This document shows, in pieces, positions 1 through 9,592 of a stretch of DNA of 64,000 bases. The DNA comes from an uncultured archaeon (GTDB lineage: Archaea > Aenigmatarchaeota > Aenigmatarchaeia > PWEA01 > JAGHBM01). Position 1 is the first letter of the stretch; each line of letters opens with the position of its first letter. Made by a program: the position numbers and the translations under genes. Below the pieces are notes generated by a model, which saw only the letters and a program-made list of their open reading frames with translations, was not told the origin of the DNA and ran no database searches. The DNA lies in NCBI GenBank assembly GCA_964584335.1, contig CAZOZN010000002.1:98974-162973 (forward strand). The letters run 5' to 3'.

Positions 1-1
1 T

Positions 2-676
2 GCTGGAACAGACGGAGACCTTGATTTCGTAAATAAAAAAAATGTATCAAAACCAAATTATGAAATACAAAAAATGTTTTACGGTACAGGGTTAACAAAG
101 AATTTTTCAGTGCCTGTTGAAATTGTGCTCTGGGGAGAAAAATACTTAACAAGAGAAACACCAAGCAATCCAAACTCAATTGATATTGACAATAATACGG
201 ATGGTACATATGATATAACTGTCAGTGAAGGTGATTTTTTTGAATTAGAAAATCCATCTGGTCCAAATCAAATTATCAAGGTTGATAAAATAAACACAAC
301 CGAAAAGACATACAGCATGAGTTTTCAAAGAAACAATGATTACGAATTTGAAAATTTAACGGAAGGTTGTTTACTGAGTCCGACATCAAAAAGGGGCATA
401 TCAAATGTAGTAATTCAAACATCGGACGGGAAAGGCGGTTTGATAGTTAACGGTACAAAAAATTCTTTTTGGAGGTCTGCTTGGATGCCAAACCCCGGAG
501 CAGACGATATAAATGCACTAGCAAAAAGTTCTGTAATATGGGTAACTCAAAAGGAATGGTGGAATGTTATGAGAACTGTTTCCGATGAATTTACTAAAGT
601 TGGTTATTTTGTTTCTCAAGGAGAAGAATTTCATGAACCTTACTGGATTGAAATAAATCTTTGGAATATATACTAA
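2..676 (+). CDS. Hypothetical protein, 5'-partial (probably surface/secreted)
   Basis: Frame open from the window edge to stop at 676; Asn/Thr-rich; no recognised motif. Confidence 0.6.
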   Translation, partial: AGTDGDLDFVNKKNVSKPNYEIQKMFYGTGLTKNFSVPVEIVLWGEKYLTRETPSNPNSIDIDNNTDGTYDITVSEGDFFELENPSGPNQIIKVDKINTTEKTYSMSFQRNNDYEFENLTEGCLLSPTSKRGISNVVIQTSDGKGGLIVNGTKNSFWRSAWMPNPGADDINALAKSSVIWVTQKEWWNVMRTVSDEFTKVGYFVSQGEEFHEPYWIEINLWNIY

Positions 677-703
677 TTTAAGTTTTAAGTTATAATTTCT
701 TCT

Positions 704-1369
704 ATGAAGTCAAAATTTTGTCCAGTTTGTGGAAGAGAAACAGATTTGATAATTGAAAAGCTATGTAGCAGATGTTTCAAAGAAAAAAACAAGCTTGCAA
801 CAATTCCAGAAGAAATAAAGATAACAGTATGTAAGAATTGTGGAAAAATAAAAGAAACAAAGGTTAACAAAATAACTGAAAGAGGATTAAGAGAAATAAT
901 ACTGAAAAATATTAAAATAAATGGAAAAAAAGAAAAAATAAAAATTAAAAAAATTAAAGAGATGCCAAAAAAAATAAAATTTGAAATAAAAGTAACCGGA
1001 CTTTTAAAGGGAGTAATTGAAAAAAAAGAGACATTGGAGACAAAAATAATAATAAAAGATAGGCTTTGTGATATTTGTGGTAAAGTAAAGGGGGGTTATT
1101 ACGAAGCTGTCATACAACTAAGGTCAGAAAACGAGGAAAAAAATAATGATGCTTTATTTTTCTTGGAAAATGAAATAAATAAAAAAGGGTTTCTAACAAA
1201 AATAGAAGAAAAAAAGAAAGGTTTTGATGTTTATTTTGCACCGAAAAAAATAGCCAACAATATTATAAAAAACATAAAGGATGTAAAAGAAATAAAAAAA
1301 TCATACACGCTGGCGACAAAGAAAGATGGTAGGGATTTATATAGGAATACTATATTAGTTAGATTGTGA
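704..1369 (+). CDS. NMD3-family ribosome biogenesis protein (short form)
   Basis: CPVCG...CSRC...CKNC...CDIC zinc knuckles and GYYEAVIQLR motif. Confidence 0.9.
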   Translation: MKSKFCPVCGRETDLIIEKLCSRCFKEKNKLATIPEEIKITVCKNCGKIKETKVNKITERGLREIILKNIKINGKKEKIKIKKIKEMPKKIKFEIKVTGLLKGVIEKKETLETKIIIKDRLCDICGKVKGGYYEAVIQLRSENEEKNNDALFFLENEINKKGFLTKIEEKKKGFDVYFAPKKIANNIIKNIKDVKEIKKSYTLATKKDGRDLYRNTILVRL

Positions 1370-1373
1370 TTTA

Positions 1374-1661
1374 ATGGAAGACGAAATAGTAAGAGTAAGA
1401 ATGCCCAAAAAGGGAGAATTGTTTGGCAGAGTAGTGAGTTTGCTCGGATCAAGTAGGCTGCAAGTTGATTGTGAAGATGGAAAAGAAAGAGTATGCAGAA
1501 TACCCGGAAAATTAAGAAAAAGAGTATGGACAAGGGTGGATGATATTGTACTTATAAAGCCATGGGATGTTCAGAGTGATTCAAGAGGAGACTTGGTCTG
1601 GAGATATAGAAAAAATGAAGTTGGTTTTTTGAGGAGAAAGGGATATATAAAAGATTTATAG
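1374..1661 (+). CDS. eif1a: Translation initiation factor aIF-1A
   Basis: RVRMP...CRIPGKLRKRVW...PWDVQ...RGD signature. Confidence 0.97.
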   Translation: MEDEIVRVRMPKKGELFGRVVSLLGSSRLQVDCEDGKERVCRIPGKLRKRVWTRVDDIVLIKPWDVQSDSRGDLVWRYRKNEVGFLRRKGYIKDL

Positions 1662-1669
1662 GTAAAATA

Positions 1670-2155
1670 ATGATAAAAAATTTAAAGATTCCTGAAAAAA
1701 GAATCCCTATAATTAAGTCTTGTAAAAAAAAACTTGAAGAAAAAACAAAGACAAAGTTGACAATAGAAGAAAAAGAGATAAAAATATCAGGAGAACCTAT
1801 TGAAACTTGGAGAACAGTAGATATTGTAAAGGCTATTGGCAGGGGTTTCAATCCTGATAAGTCCCTTGATTTATTGGACGAAGAAAAATCACTTTATATT
1901 ATAAAGTTAAAAGAATACCAAAAAACGGAAAAGGGAATAAAAAGATTAAAAAGTAGGATAATTGGAAGACAAGGAAAAAGTAAAAATACGATAGAGGAAA
2001 TAGGAAATTGCAATATATCTGTTTACGGAAAAACTGTATCAGTTATAGGTGAATCAAAAAAAATTAATTGTGTGGTAAGCGGAATAGAAATGCTTATAAA
2101 TGGGTCTAAACATAATAAAGTTTATAATTTTTTACGAAGGTGTTTGAATGGCTGA
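1670..2155 (+). CDS. KH-domain pre-rRNA processing protein (Dim2/Pno1 family)
   Basis: [16 protein letters not shown] and [10 protein letters not shown] motifs; conserved context next to aIF-1A/top6. Confidence 0.93.
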   Translation: MIKNLKIPEKRIPIIKSCKKKLEEKTKTKLTIEEKEIKISGEPIETWRTVDIVKAIGRGFNPDKSLDLLDEEKSLYIIKLKEYQKTEKGIKRLKSRIIGRQGKSKNTIEEIGNCNISVYGKTVSVIGESKKINCVVSGIEMLINGSKHNKVYNFLRRCLNG

Positions 2156-3761
2156 AAAAATAATAACAGCAAAAGAAATGGCAAAAGAACAGAGAGCTAT
2201 ATCGGTGGCTGAGTTCTTCGAAAAGAACAGACACTTGCTTGGTTTTGACAATCCTACAAAATCACTTTTGACCGTAGTTAAAGAAGCTGTAGATAACGCT
2301 TTGGATGCATGTGAAGAAGCAAACATTCTTCCGGAAATAAAAGTAAAGATAAAAGAAATGGAAGAAAACAGATACAAAGTAATGATAGAAGATAATGGTC
2401 CCGGTATATTGAGAGAACAAATACCAAGAATATTCGCAAAACTTCTTTATGGTTCAAAGTTTCATAGGTTAAGACAAAGCAGAGGACAGCAGGGCATAGG
2501 AATATCAGCGTCTGTTCTTTACGGACAGTTGACAACAGGATATCCTGCAGTAATATACAGCAAACCCAAATCAAAAGGCAAGACCCATGTTTTTCATCTA
2601 AAAATAGATACCATAAAAAATGAACCGGAGATAATCAAGGAAGACATAAAGGAGGACGGGCTGGAACATACCGGAACAAAAATAACTCTAATAATAGAAG
2701 GTAAGTACGTACAAAGATATCACTCCCCGGATGAATATATGAAACAAACAGCAATAGTAAATCCATGGGCAAAATTATCATACAAGTCACCAGACGGTAA
2801 AAAATATGATTTTCCGAGAGTAGTTAAAAAATTATCAAGGAGGCCGAAGGAAATAAAACCGCATCCTCATGGAGTTGAACTTGGGATTCTAATAAGAATG
2901 TTAAAAAATACCAAATCTAGAAACATTTCCGGTTTTTTACAAAATGAATTTTGCAGGGTAGGTTCAACATCAGCAGAAGAAATATGCAGACTGGCTGGTC
3001 TAAGCCTAGAAGATAATCCCAAAAAAATAACTCATCAATCACAGCAAAAACTCTTGAAGGCAATGCAAAGAGTAAAATTAATGAGGCCTCCAACAAATTG
3101 TCTATCACCTATAGGAGATAAAATACTCGAAGAAGGATTAAAAAAAGAAATAAACTCAGATTTTATAAGTACCATAACAAGAGAACCTTCAGTTTATAGA
3201 GGAATACCCTTTCAGATAGAGGCGGGTATAGCTTATGGTGGTGAATTGAAAAGCGAAGAAAATGAAATAAAAAACTCGAACCAAGTAAAACTGATGAGAT
3301 TCGCAAATAAAATACCGTTACTTTACGAGCCTTCGGGTTGCGCCATAACAAAAGCAGTTTCATCTATAAGATGGAGGAGATACGGTCTTGAGCAAAGTGG
3401 AAAAAATCTCCCAAGAGGCCCAGCAGTGATAGTAGTTCATATAGCATCTGCTTGGGTACCTTACACATCGGAAGGAAAAGAATCCATAGCAAACTATCCT
3501 GAAATAATAAAAGAAATAAAACTGGCTGTTCAAGACTGTGCAAGAAAAATGCTAAGACATATAAGAAAGAAAACAAAAGCAAAAAGAGAAACAGAAAGAT
3601 TAAATATATTTGAAAGCTACATACCTCTGATAATAGAAGGTGCAAAAGAACTTACCGGAGAAAAGAAAAAGATTGACCCGAAGCCTATAATAAATAAGGT
3701 TATAAAAAAGGAATTGATTAATTATGACAAAGAAAGGAAAAGAAATAAAGAAGAAGCTTGA
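2148..3761 (+). CDS. top6B: DNA topoisomerase VI subunit B
   Basis: GHKL motifs [22 protein letters not shown]; RFANKIPL. Confidence 0.98.
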   Translation: MAEKIITAKEMAKEQRAISVAEFFEKNRHLLGFDNPTKSLLTVVKEAVDNALDACEEANILPEIKVKIKEMEENRYKVMIEDNGPGILREQIPRIFAKLLYGSKFHRLRQSRGQQGIGISASVLYGQLTTGYPAVIYSKPKSKGKTHVFHLKIDTIKNEPEIIKEDIKEDGLEHTGTKITLIIEGKYVQRYHSPDEYMKQTAIVNPWAKLSYKSPDGKKYDFPRVVKKLSRRPKEIKPHPHGVELGILIRMLKNTKSRNISGFLQNEFCRVGSTSAEEICRLAGLSLEDNPKKITHQSQQKLLKAMQRVKLMRPPTNCLSPIGDKILEEGLKKEINSDFISTITREPSVYRGIPFQIEAGIAYGGELKSEENEIKNSNQVKLMRFANKIPLLYEPSGCAITKAVSSIRWRRYGLEQSGKNLPRGPAVIVVHIASAWVPYTSEGKESIANYPEIIKEIKLAVQDCARKMLRHIRKKTKAKRETERLNIFESYIPLIIEGAKELTGEKKKIDPKPIINKVIKKELINYDKERKRNKEEA

Positions 3762-4812
3762 GAACATCGGAGAAGAAGTGCTTAAGGACGTAAAGAAAAA
3801 CAAAGTCCCCAAGCTGCAGATACCTGCTAGAGTAACAAAGAATATAGTATTTGATCCAAAATATCTTTGTTATGTTCTCGGTGATAAAACGCTTACAAGA
3901 AGCGCGGGTAACATAAGACATGTAAAATCATTAGCACAAATGCTAAAGGTTGCATCATTCTGCAAGGAAATTGTAGACGGCACCAAGCATGAGACAAAGA
4001 GAGGTTTGTATTATATATCAGAATCTTGGGGAGAAAAACTAAAATTTGATATACAGCAAGAATCAGACAATTTAATAGAAGATATTGAAGCCATTATAGG
4101 AAACCCAAGAGAAGACATACACATAATTCCCAACCCCGCTGGTTCCGTATACGGTGACCTTACATTAAGATTCAAAAACCCGAGCGGAAAAATGATGGAA
4201 ATAAATTGCCTAAAGACTGCAGACGGACAGACAATAGGACCCAGAATGTGTGAAGCAGAGATAAAAAAATGCAAAGCTGACAAGATAATAGCAATAGAGA
4301 CCGCAGGCATGTATAACAGGCTGATGGAAGAAAATGCCCATGAAAAATTTAATGCAATTCTCGTCAACTTGGGAGGTCAGGCAACAAGAGCAACCAGAAG
4401 GTTAATAAAAAGAATAAATGAGATAAAGAAAATACCGGTTTTCATATTCACAGACGGTGACCCTTGGGGACTGCACATAGCCATGGTGGTAATGGCTGGC
4501 TCAGCAAAATCAGCGCATATCAACAAAATGCTTGCTACCCCATCGGCAACTTGGATTGGAGTGACTGCAAGCGATATTAAAAACTATAAGCTGAGGTCAG
4601 ATAAGCTGAGGGACGTTGACCTAAGAAGGATAAAAGAACTTAAAAAAGACCCCAGATATAAAAAAGATAACAGACTTCAAAAAGAACTAGAAACATGGGA
4701 AAAGATAAAAAAGAAAGCAGAACAACAGGCACTCCTAAAGTACGGTCTGAGATATGTTGTAGATGATTATTTGCCTGCTAAATTTAAAGAACTTGGGGTA
4801 AAGGTAAAATAA
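3724..4812 (+). CDS. top6A: DNA topoisomerase VI subunit A
   Basis: RGLYY catalytic Tyr region; toprim IET and FTDGDPWG; KAEQQAL. Confidence 0.97.
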   Translation: MTKKGKEIKKKLENIGEEVLKDVKKNKVPKLQIPARVTKNIVFDPKYLCYVLGDKTLTRSAGNIRHVKSLAQMLKVASFCKEIVDGTKHETKRGLYYISESWGEKLKFDIQQESDNLIEDIEAIIGNPREDIHIIPNPAGSVYGDLTLRFKNPSGKMMEINCLKTADGQTIGPRMCEAEIKKCKADKIIAIETAGMYNRLMEENAHEKFNAILVNLGGQATRATRRLIKRINEIKKIPVFIFTDGDPWGLHIAMVVMAGSAKSAHINKMLATPSATWIGVTASDIKNYKLRSDKLRDVDLRRIKELKKDPRYKKDNRLQKELETWEKIKKKAEQQALLKYGLRYVVDDYLPAKFKELGVKVK

Positions 4813-4869
4813 AACTTAAATACTTCTTATTACCCATATTTGACATAGAAATAAGATTTTGTATTTAAT

Positions 4870-4976
4870 GCCTCGGTAGCTCAGCGGAAGAGCGCTCGGC
4901 TGTTAACCGGAAGGTCGCAGGTTCAAAAAAGTTTTCATTTTTAAAGAAAACTTAGAAATTCCTGCCCGAGGCGCCA
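4870..4976 (+). tRNA. tRNA-Asn(GTT) with 32-nt intron at 59/60 (4928-4959)
   Basis: Acceptor GCCTCGG/CCGAGGC, encoded CCA, loop CTGTTAA; T-loop interrupted by hairpin AAGTTTTC/GAAAACTT forming a relaxed BHB. Confidence 0.9.
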
Positions 4977-5011
4977 CATTATAAATAACAAAAAATAGAA
5001 AAATAACTTAA

Positions 5012-5138
5012 GGGGAGGTAGCTCAGCCTGGGAGAGCGCTACCCTGAAGATTGCGGATATTGCAATTTAGATAGGTAGTTGTCGTGGGTTCAAAAATGAT
5101 GCAATCAAGCATCCTTGATTTTCCCACCCTTCCCACCA
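5012..5138 (+). tRNA. tRNA-Phe(GAA) with two introns: 37/38 (5050-5072) and 59/60 (5095-5121)
   Basis: Acceptor GGGGAGG/CCTTCCC + ACCA; anticodon stem CTACC/GGTAG; CTGA/TTAG BHB helix; T-loop insert with GATGC/GCATC hairpin. Confidence 0.88.
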
Positions 5139-5150
5139 AAAGGTGATTAA

Positions 5151-5678
5151 ATGAAAATAAAATTAGTACAGTTAGACGATAAAAATTCAGACTTGATAAA
5201 AATAATAGCAAACAATCTAAATAAAAAATTTAAAAACAAGTTCTTTTTCGGAGGAATAAAAAAAATTCCTGAAAAATCTTATGATAAATTCAAAGATCAG
5301 TATAATTCAAAAATTATAATGGATTTTTTACTAAACGAGAGAGGAAACAGCGAAAAAATAATAGGAATAACTTCAAAAGATATTTTTTATAATGATTTAA
5401 ACTTCGTATTCGGTTTAGCAGACAAAGACGCTTCATTGATAAGTACTTCTAGACTTGATCCAAGTTTCTATGGAGAAACCAAAAATTTTGATTTGTTATT
5501 AAAAAGAACTTCAAAAGAAGTCATAAACGAACTTGGTTATATGTTTGGACTAAAAGAATGTAAAAACCCCAGTTGTGTTATGTCAAAGTCCAAATCAATA
5601 TCATATATAGACGACAAAAAAGATGATTTTTGCAAGGATTGTTCATTGAATATTTCAATGGAAGGTATAGCTATATGA
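5151..5678 (+). CDS. Archaemetzincin (AmzA)-like protein, zinc-binding His residues lost
   Basis: QYNS, LNFVFGLA, STSRL, C..CVM and FCxxC motifs; HExxHxxGxxH position reads NELGYMFGLKE. Confidence 0.85.
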   Translation: MKIKLVQLDDKNSDLIKIIANNLNKKFKNKFFFGGIKKIPEKSYDKFKDQYNSKIIMDFLLNERGNSEKIIGITSKDIFYNDLNFVFGLADKDASLISTSRLDPSFYGETKNFDLLLKRTSKEVINELGYMFGLKECKNPSCVMSKSKSISYIDDKKDDFCKDCSLNISMEGIAI

Positions 5679-6220
5679 AAAAGAAAGACAAGATATTCAA
5701 AGCAAAAATGGAAGGTAATGATGTCATAGTCTGGGACAGTCCCGAGGAAGTATACGAACTTGGTTGTTACGGTAAAATAGTCGATGACCATTTAATTTTA
5801 AGCCATTGTGAAGCACTTCATTTAATAGAGAGAAAAAGATTAGAAGTCAAGGAAGGTAGGAAAAAACTCAAGAAAAAAAAATTCTATGAGAAAGCATGCG
5901 AAACAGATGAAGAATTCCCACAGAAGTATATTGTTTACAAAGATTTAAGAGAAAGAGGATTTTTGGTAAGAACTGGATTCAAATTCGGTACACATTTTAG
6001 GGTATATGATAGAGGTGTTAAGTTAAAAAGAGGGCCAAAGTCTGCAAAAGAACACACGAAATGGGTTGTTCATGCTATACCAGAAAAATTCAAATACTCC
6101 TACGCGGAATTATCAAGGGCAGTAAGGCTGGCTCAAAATATAAGGACTCATTTGATTTGGGCTGTAGTAGACGAAGAAGGAGATGTTACTTATTACGAAA
6201 TAACCAGAATAACACCATAG
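5675..6220 (+). CDS. endA: tRNA-splicing endonuclease (single unit, ~181 aa)
   Basis: LSHCEALHL, VYKDLRERG, GFKFGTHFRVY...EH, AVVDEEGDVTYY; ATG at 5675 overlaps upstream stop. Confidence 0.95.
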   Translation: MKKKDKIFKAKMEGNDVIVWDSPEEVYELGCYGKIVDDHLILSHCEALHLIERKRLEVKEGRKKLKKKKFYEKACETDEEFPQKYIVYKDLRERGFLVRTGFKFGTHFRVYDRGVKLKRGPKSAKEHTKWVVHAIPEKFKYSYAELSRAVRLAQNIRTHLIWAVVDEEGDVTYYEITRITP

Positions 6221-6228
6221 GTGATTAA

Positions 6229-7347
6229 ATGGATATAGAAAATATAATAAAAAGGGACTTCAAAAAGGTTGAAAAAGAAACTAAAATATCAAAAATAGTA
6301 TCAAAAATGAAGAGGGGTACTGAAGCAGTTGCCGTCTTCGATGGAAAAGATTTCCTAGGCATAATATCATCAAACCAAATTATAGACAGGGATTATCCTG
6401 CAGAAACAAAGGCCAAAACATTGGTTAAAAAAAACATACCGAAAATAGAAAGTAAGGTAAGTCCGATGGAAATTGCAAAAATATTTCTTGAGAACAACAT
6501 AAAGGCTATTCCTATAATATCAAAAAAAGAAATAACAGGATTGTTGTATGAGAACGACTTTATAAGAAATTCAGACTGTCTGTCTGAAAGTAAAAAACTA
6601 TTAAAAGAAATAGCAAGCATTCCGCATGTAATAAAAAAAGATGAAAACATAGGGAAAGCAAGAAAGATTTTGAAAGAAAACTCGATAAGCAGGCTACCTG
6701 TTATAGACGAGAACAAAAAAATGATAGGAATACTGGATATAGAGGATTTCCTAAAAACTGTAAATCCGATGGAAGGCATGGGATGGGGGGATAGGACAGG
6801 TGACTCAATGCCGGAATTCAAAATGCCAGTAACAACAATAATGGACGAAAATCCTATAATTACGGAAGATAATATAACCTGCAATAAGATAATAAAACTT
6901 TTTAAAAAATACGACAAGTCTTATATAGTTTTCGTCAGAGAGAAAAAACCTCTCGGAATAGTAACATCTAAGGACATACTAGAAGTCATAGTTTCGATGG
7001 AAAAAAAGGAAGGCGTTTATGTACAAATAAATGGCCTAAAGGAAATTGAAGATAATTTCCAGAGAGAAAAAATAGATTCAATGATAGTAGATTCTGTACA
7101 GAAAATAGGAAAAATTCATGGTCCAATGGAGTATTTTTTTGTTCATATAAAATCTAGCCAAAAAGAGGGCGAACAAAAACTTTTTTCAGTTAGAACAAGA
7201 ATGCTTACTTCTGTTGGACTATATGTAAGCAAATCTTCGGGTTGGAATATTATAACAACAGTTGACGAGGCTCTTGATAGGTTAGAAAGACAAGTAATAG
7301 AAGACCGTGAAAAAATGTTGGATATGAGAAGCCCCAGAAATGCATAA
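6229..7347 (+). CDS. CBS-domain protein with C-terminal HPF/RaiA-like domain (probable ribosome hibernation factor)
   Basis: Four CBS repeats (KAIPII, SRLPVID, LGIVTSKDIL); C-terminus ends ...SSGWNIITTVDEALDRLERQV, as in S30AE/HPF. Confidence 0.75.
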   Translation: MDIENIIKRDFKKVEKETKISKIVSKMKRGTEAVAVFDGKDFLGIISSNQIIDRDYPAETKAKTLVKKNIPKIESKVSPMEIAKIFLENNIKAIPIISKKEITGLLYENDFIRNSDCLSESKKLLKEIASIPHVIKKDENIGKARKILKENSISRLPVIDENKKMIGILDIEDFLKTVNPMEGMGWGDRTGDSMPEFKMPVTTIMDENPIITEDNITCNKIIKLFKKYDKSYIVFVREKKPLGIVTSKDILEVIVSMEKKEGVYVQINGLKEIEDNFQREKIDSMIVDSVQKIGKIHGPMEYFFVHIKSSQKEGEQKLFSVRTRMLTSVGLYVSKSSGWNIITTVDEALDRLERQVIEDREKMLDMRSPRNA

Positions 7348-7349
7348 AA

Positions 7350-8807
7350 CTATCTATTATAAAATTCAATTATTTTTTTTCTTAAATCTTTTATTTTAAC
7401 CCTAACTTGGTCGGTTGTATCCCTGTTTCTTATTGTAACAGTATTGTCTTTTAGCGTGTCAAAGTCTATTGTTATGCATAGGGGAGTTCCTATCTCATCC
7501 TGCCTTGCGTAGCGTTTTCCTATTGAACCGGATTCATCGTAAAAACAATTAAAATCACAAACCAGCTCACCGTATATTTCTTTTGATTTCTCAGGCAACC
7601 CCTCTTTTTTTACTAAAGGAAAGATAGCACATTCAAAAGGAGAAACATTCGGGGGTAGAGAAAGTACAGATTTTTCCTCTCTTTCATTATAAAAAATTTC
7701 AAGAAGTGAATAAATATTCCTGTCTATACCAAAAGCTATTTCTATAACATGGGGTATGAACTTTTTACCATCAAAAAAAACTTCTTGTTTTTCCCCGCTC
7801 ATTTTTTCATGAGAACTTAAATCATAATCTGTCCTGTAATGAATACCACAAAGTTCTCCAAAACCACCATGGCTCTCAAGTTTAGCTTCAAAATCCCAAT
7901 GAAACTTATTATAAAAAGCTCTCTCTTCATCATTGAGTTCAAAAAACCTCACCTTATCTTTGGGGTATTTGAGAACATTCGTATAAAAAATAAAAACTTT
8001 AGCCATATGATAAACATAAAACTTAGGTAACCTCTTAGAAAGCTCCTCGCAAGTAATCTCTTTTATCTTATCTCTAGATTCTGACTCTGTTACATTAATT
8101 CTAATATCCCTTACCGAGTCCCATTCATCATGTTCATCTAGCTTTTCAGGGTCAAAAAATATTTGGAGTTCTGCCTGTGTAAATTCCCTCATCCTATAAA
8201 CACCCTGTCTGGGTGATATTTCATTCCTAAAGGCCTTTCCTATTATTGCTAAACCCAAAGGAAGTTTCTTTCTTAAAGCGTTAAACTCTCTTGAAAAATT
8301 AAGATAAGAACCTTGTGCAGTTTCAGGCCTTAGATATGCTCTTATTTTATCGTAAGCACCTATTTCAACTGGAAACATCTGATTCAATTCACCAACTTCC
8401 TGCAAATTTCCTCCACATTTGGGGCACTTTATCCCATTTTTTCTTATTATAGAATCCAAATCCTCTTTGCTCATTCCCTCGAATTTCTCATTAAGCCTTT
8501 CCTCCAGTATATGGTCAGCTCTCTCGGTGAAATCACACTTTGAGCATTTCACAACCGGGTCTGCAAAATGTTCCAAGTGGCCGGAAGCTTTGAATACTTC
8601 TTCATTCATTATCAATGAAGGTGATATCTCAAAATAATTAGAATCCATGCCAAGAAAAAATATTCTCCATAAGTTCTCAAATTTTGTCTTCATTAAAGTT
8701 CCTATATGGCCATAATCATAAAAACCGGACAAACCTCCGTATTGCTCACAACTTTTCCAAATAAATCCTCTTCTTTTTATTAAACTGTTTAATTTATCTA
8801 AAGACAT
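7350..8807 (-). CDS. glyS: Glycyl-tRNA synthetase (alpha2 type)
   Basis: YLRPETAQG, FRNEISPRQG, REFTQAE, GSIGKRYARQDEIGTP. Confidence 0.98.
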   Translation of the reverse strand: MSLDKLNSLIKRRGFIWKSCEQYGGLSGFYDYGHIGTLMKTKFENLWRIFFLGMDSNYFEISPSLIMNEEVFKASGHLEHFADPVVKCSKCDFTERADHILEERLNEKFEGMSKEDLDSIIRKNGIKCPKCGGNLQEVGELNQMFPVEIGAYDKIRAYLRPETAQGSYLNFSREFNALRKKLPLGLAIIGKAFRNEISPRQGVYRMREFTQAELQIFFDPEKLDEHDEWDSVRDIRINVTESESRDKIKEITCEELSKRLPKFYVYHMAKVFIFYTNVLKYPKDKVRFFELNDEERAFYNKFHWDFEAKLESHGGFGELCGIHYRTDYDLSSHEKMSGEKQEVFFDGKKFIPHVIEIAFGIDRNIYSLLEIFYNEREEKSVLSLPPNVSPFECAIFPLVKKEGLPEKSKEIYGELVCDFNCFYDESGSIGKRYARQDEIGTPLCITIDFDTLKDNTVTIRNRDTTDQVRVKIKDLRKKIIEFYNR

Positions 8808-8834
8808 GCTATCATCTATATTTTTAATACAAAC

Positions 8835-9524
8835 TTATTTAAAATAACCTGTGGTAGGAGTTTTGCCCATCTTTCTCATTAATATTTCCCTTACATAATA
8901 CTTTACACAGGTTCTGTGAAAACCTTTTCTAAACCTTCTGGATGAAACCGGCATTTTTAAATCTTTACAGAAAAGAACTTTACCGGTCTTGTTTAATCTT
9001 CTGCCTATCTCATAATCCTCCAAAAATCTTAATCTAAATCTATAACTCTTAAGTATTTTTCTTTTGAATGCCATGTTAGCACCCCAAACATTATGATAAC
9101 CGAAAAATGCCATAAATCTAGGAAGCAACTCCCCCCACATTTTCATTTTAATTCTTGATAACTCTTTACCATCATAAGAAACAACAGGTCCCGAAATACA
9201 ATATTTTTCATCAATCAAACCTAAAATCTTCTTTGTCCAATCAGGAGGCGGTATAGAATCAGAGTCACAGTAGGCAACTACTTCACAGGAAGCTTCCTTC
9301 CATCCAGTGTTTCTAGCATCAGATATGCCTCTTCCACTATCAAAAACTATTTTATTGGTGTATTTTCTTGAAATATTGACAGTATTGTCTTTTGAATGAC
9401 CATCCACAACTATTATTTCACAAGGTACAAGCTGTACTTTTAGAGCCTTAAGGCAGTTCTCTATGTATTTTTCTTCGTCTTTAGCACAAACAACAACAGA
9501 TATTTTACTCATTTTAAATACCAA
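8835..9524 (-). CDS. GT2 glycosyltransferase
   Basis: IIVVDGHSKD, ARNTG, DSD, GANMAF, EDYE. Confidence 0.92.
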   Translation of the reverse strand: MVFKMSKISVVVCAKDEEKYIENCLKALKVQLVPCEIIVVDGHSKDNTVNISRKYTNKIVFDSGRGISDARNTGWKEASCEVVAYCDSDSIPPPDWTKKILGLIDEKYCISGPVVSYDGKELSRIKMKMWGELLPRFMAFFGYHNVWGANMAFKRKILKSYRFRLRFLEDYEIGRRLNKTGKVLFCKDLKMPVSSRRFRKGFHRTCVKYYVREILMRKMGKTPTTGYFK

Positions 9525-9592
9525 AAATCATTTTTAATTCATATGATTATATACCATTATATTATTCAGTAATTTATAATAAAGAGGATTGA

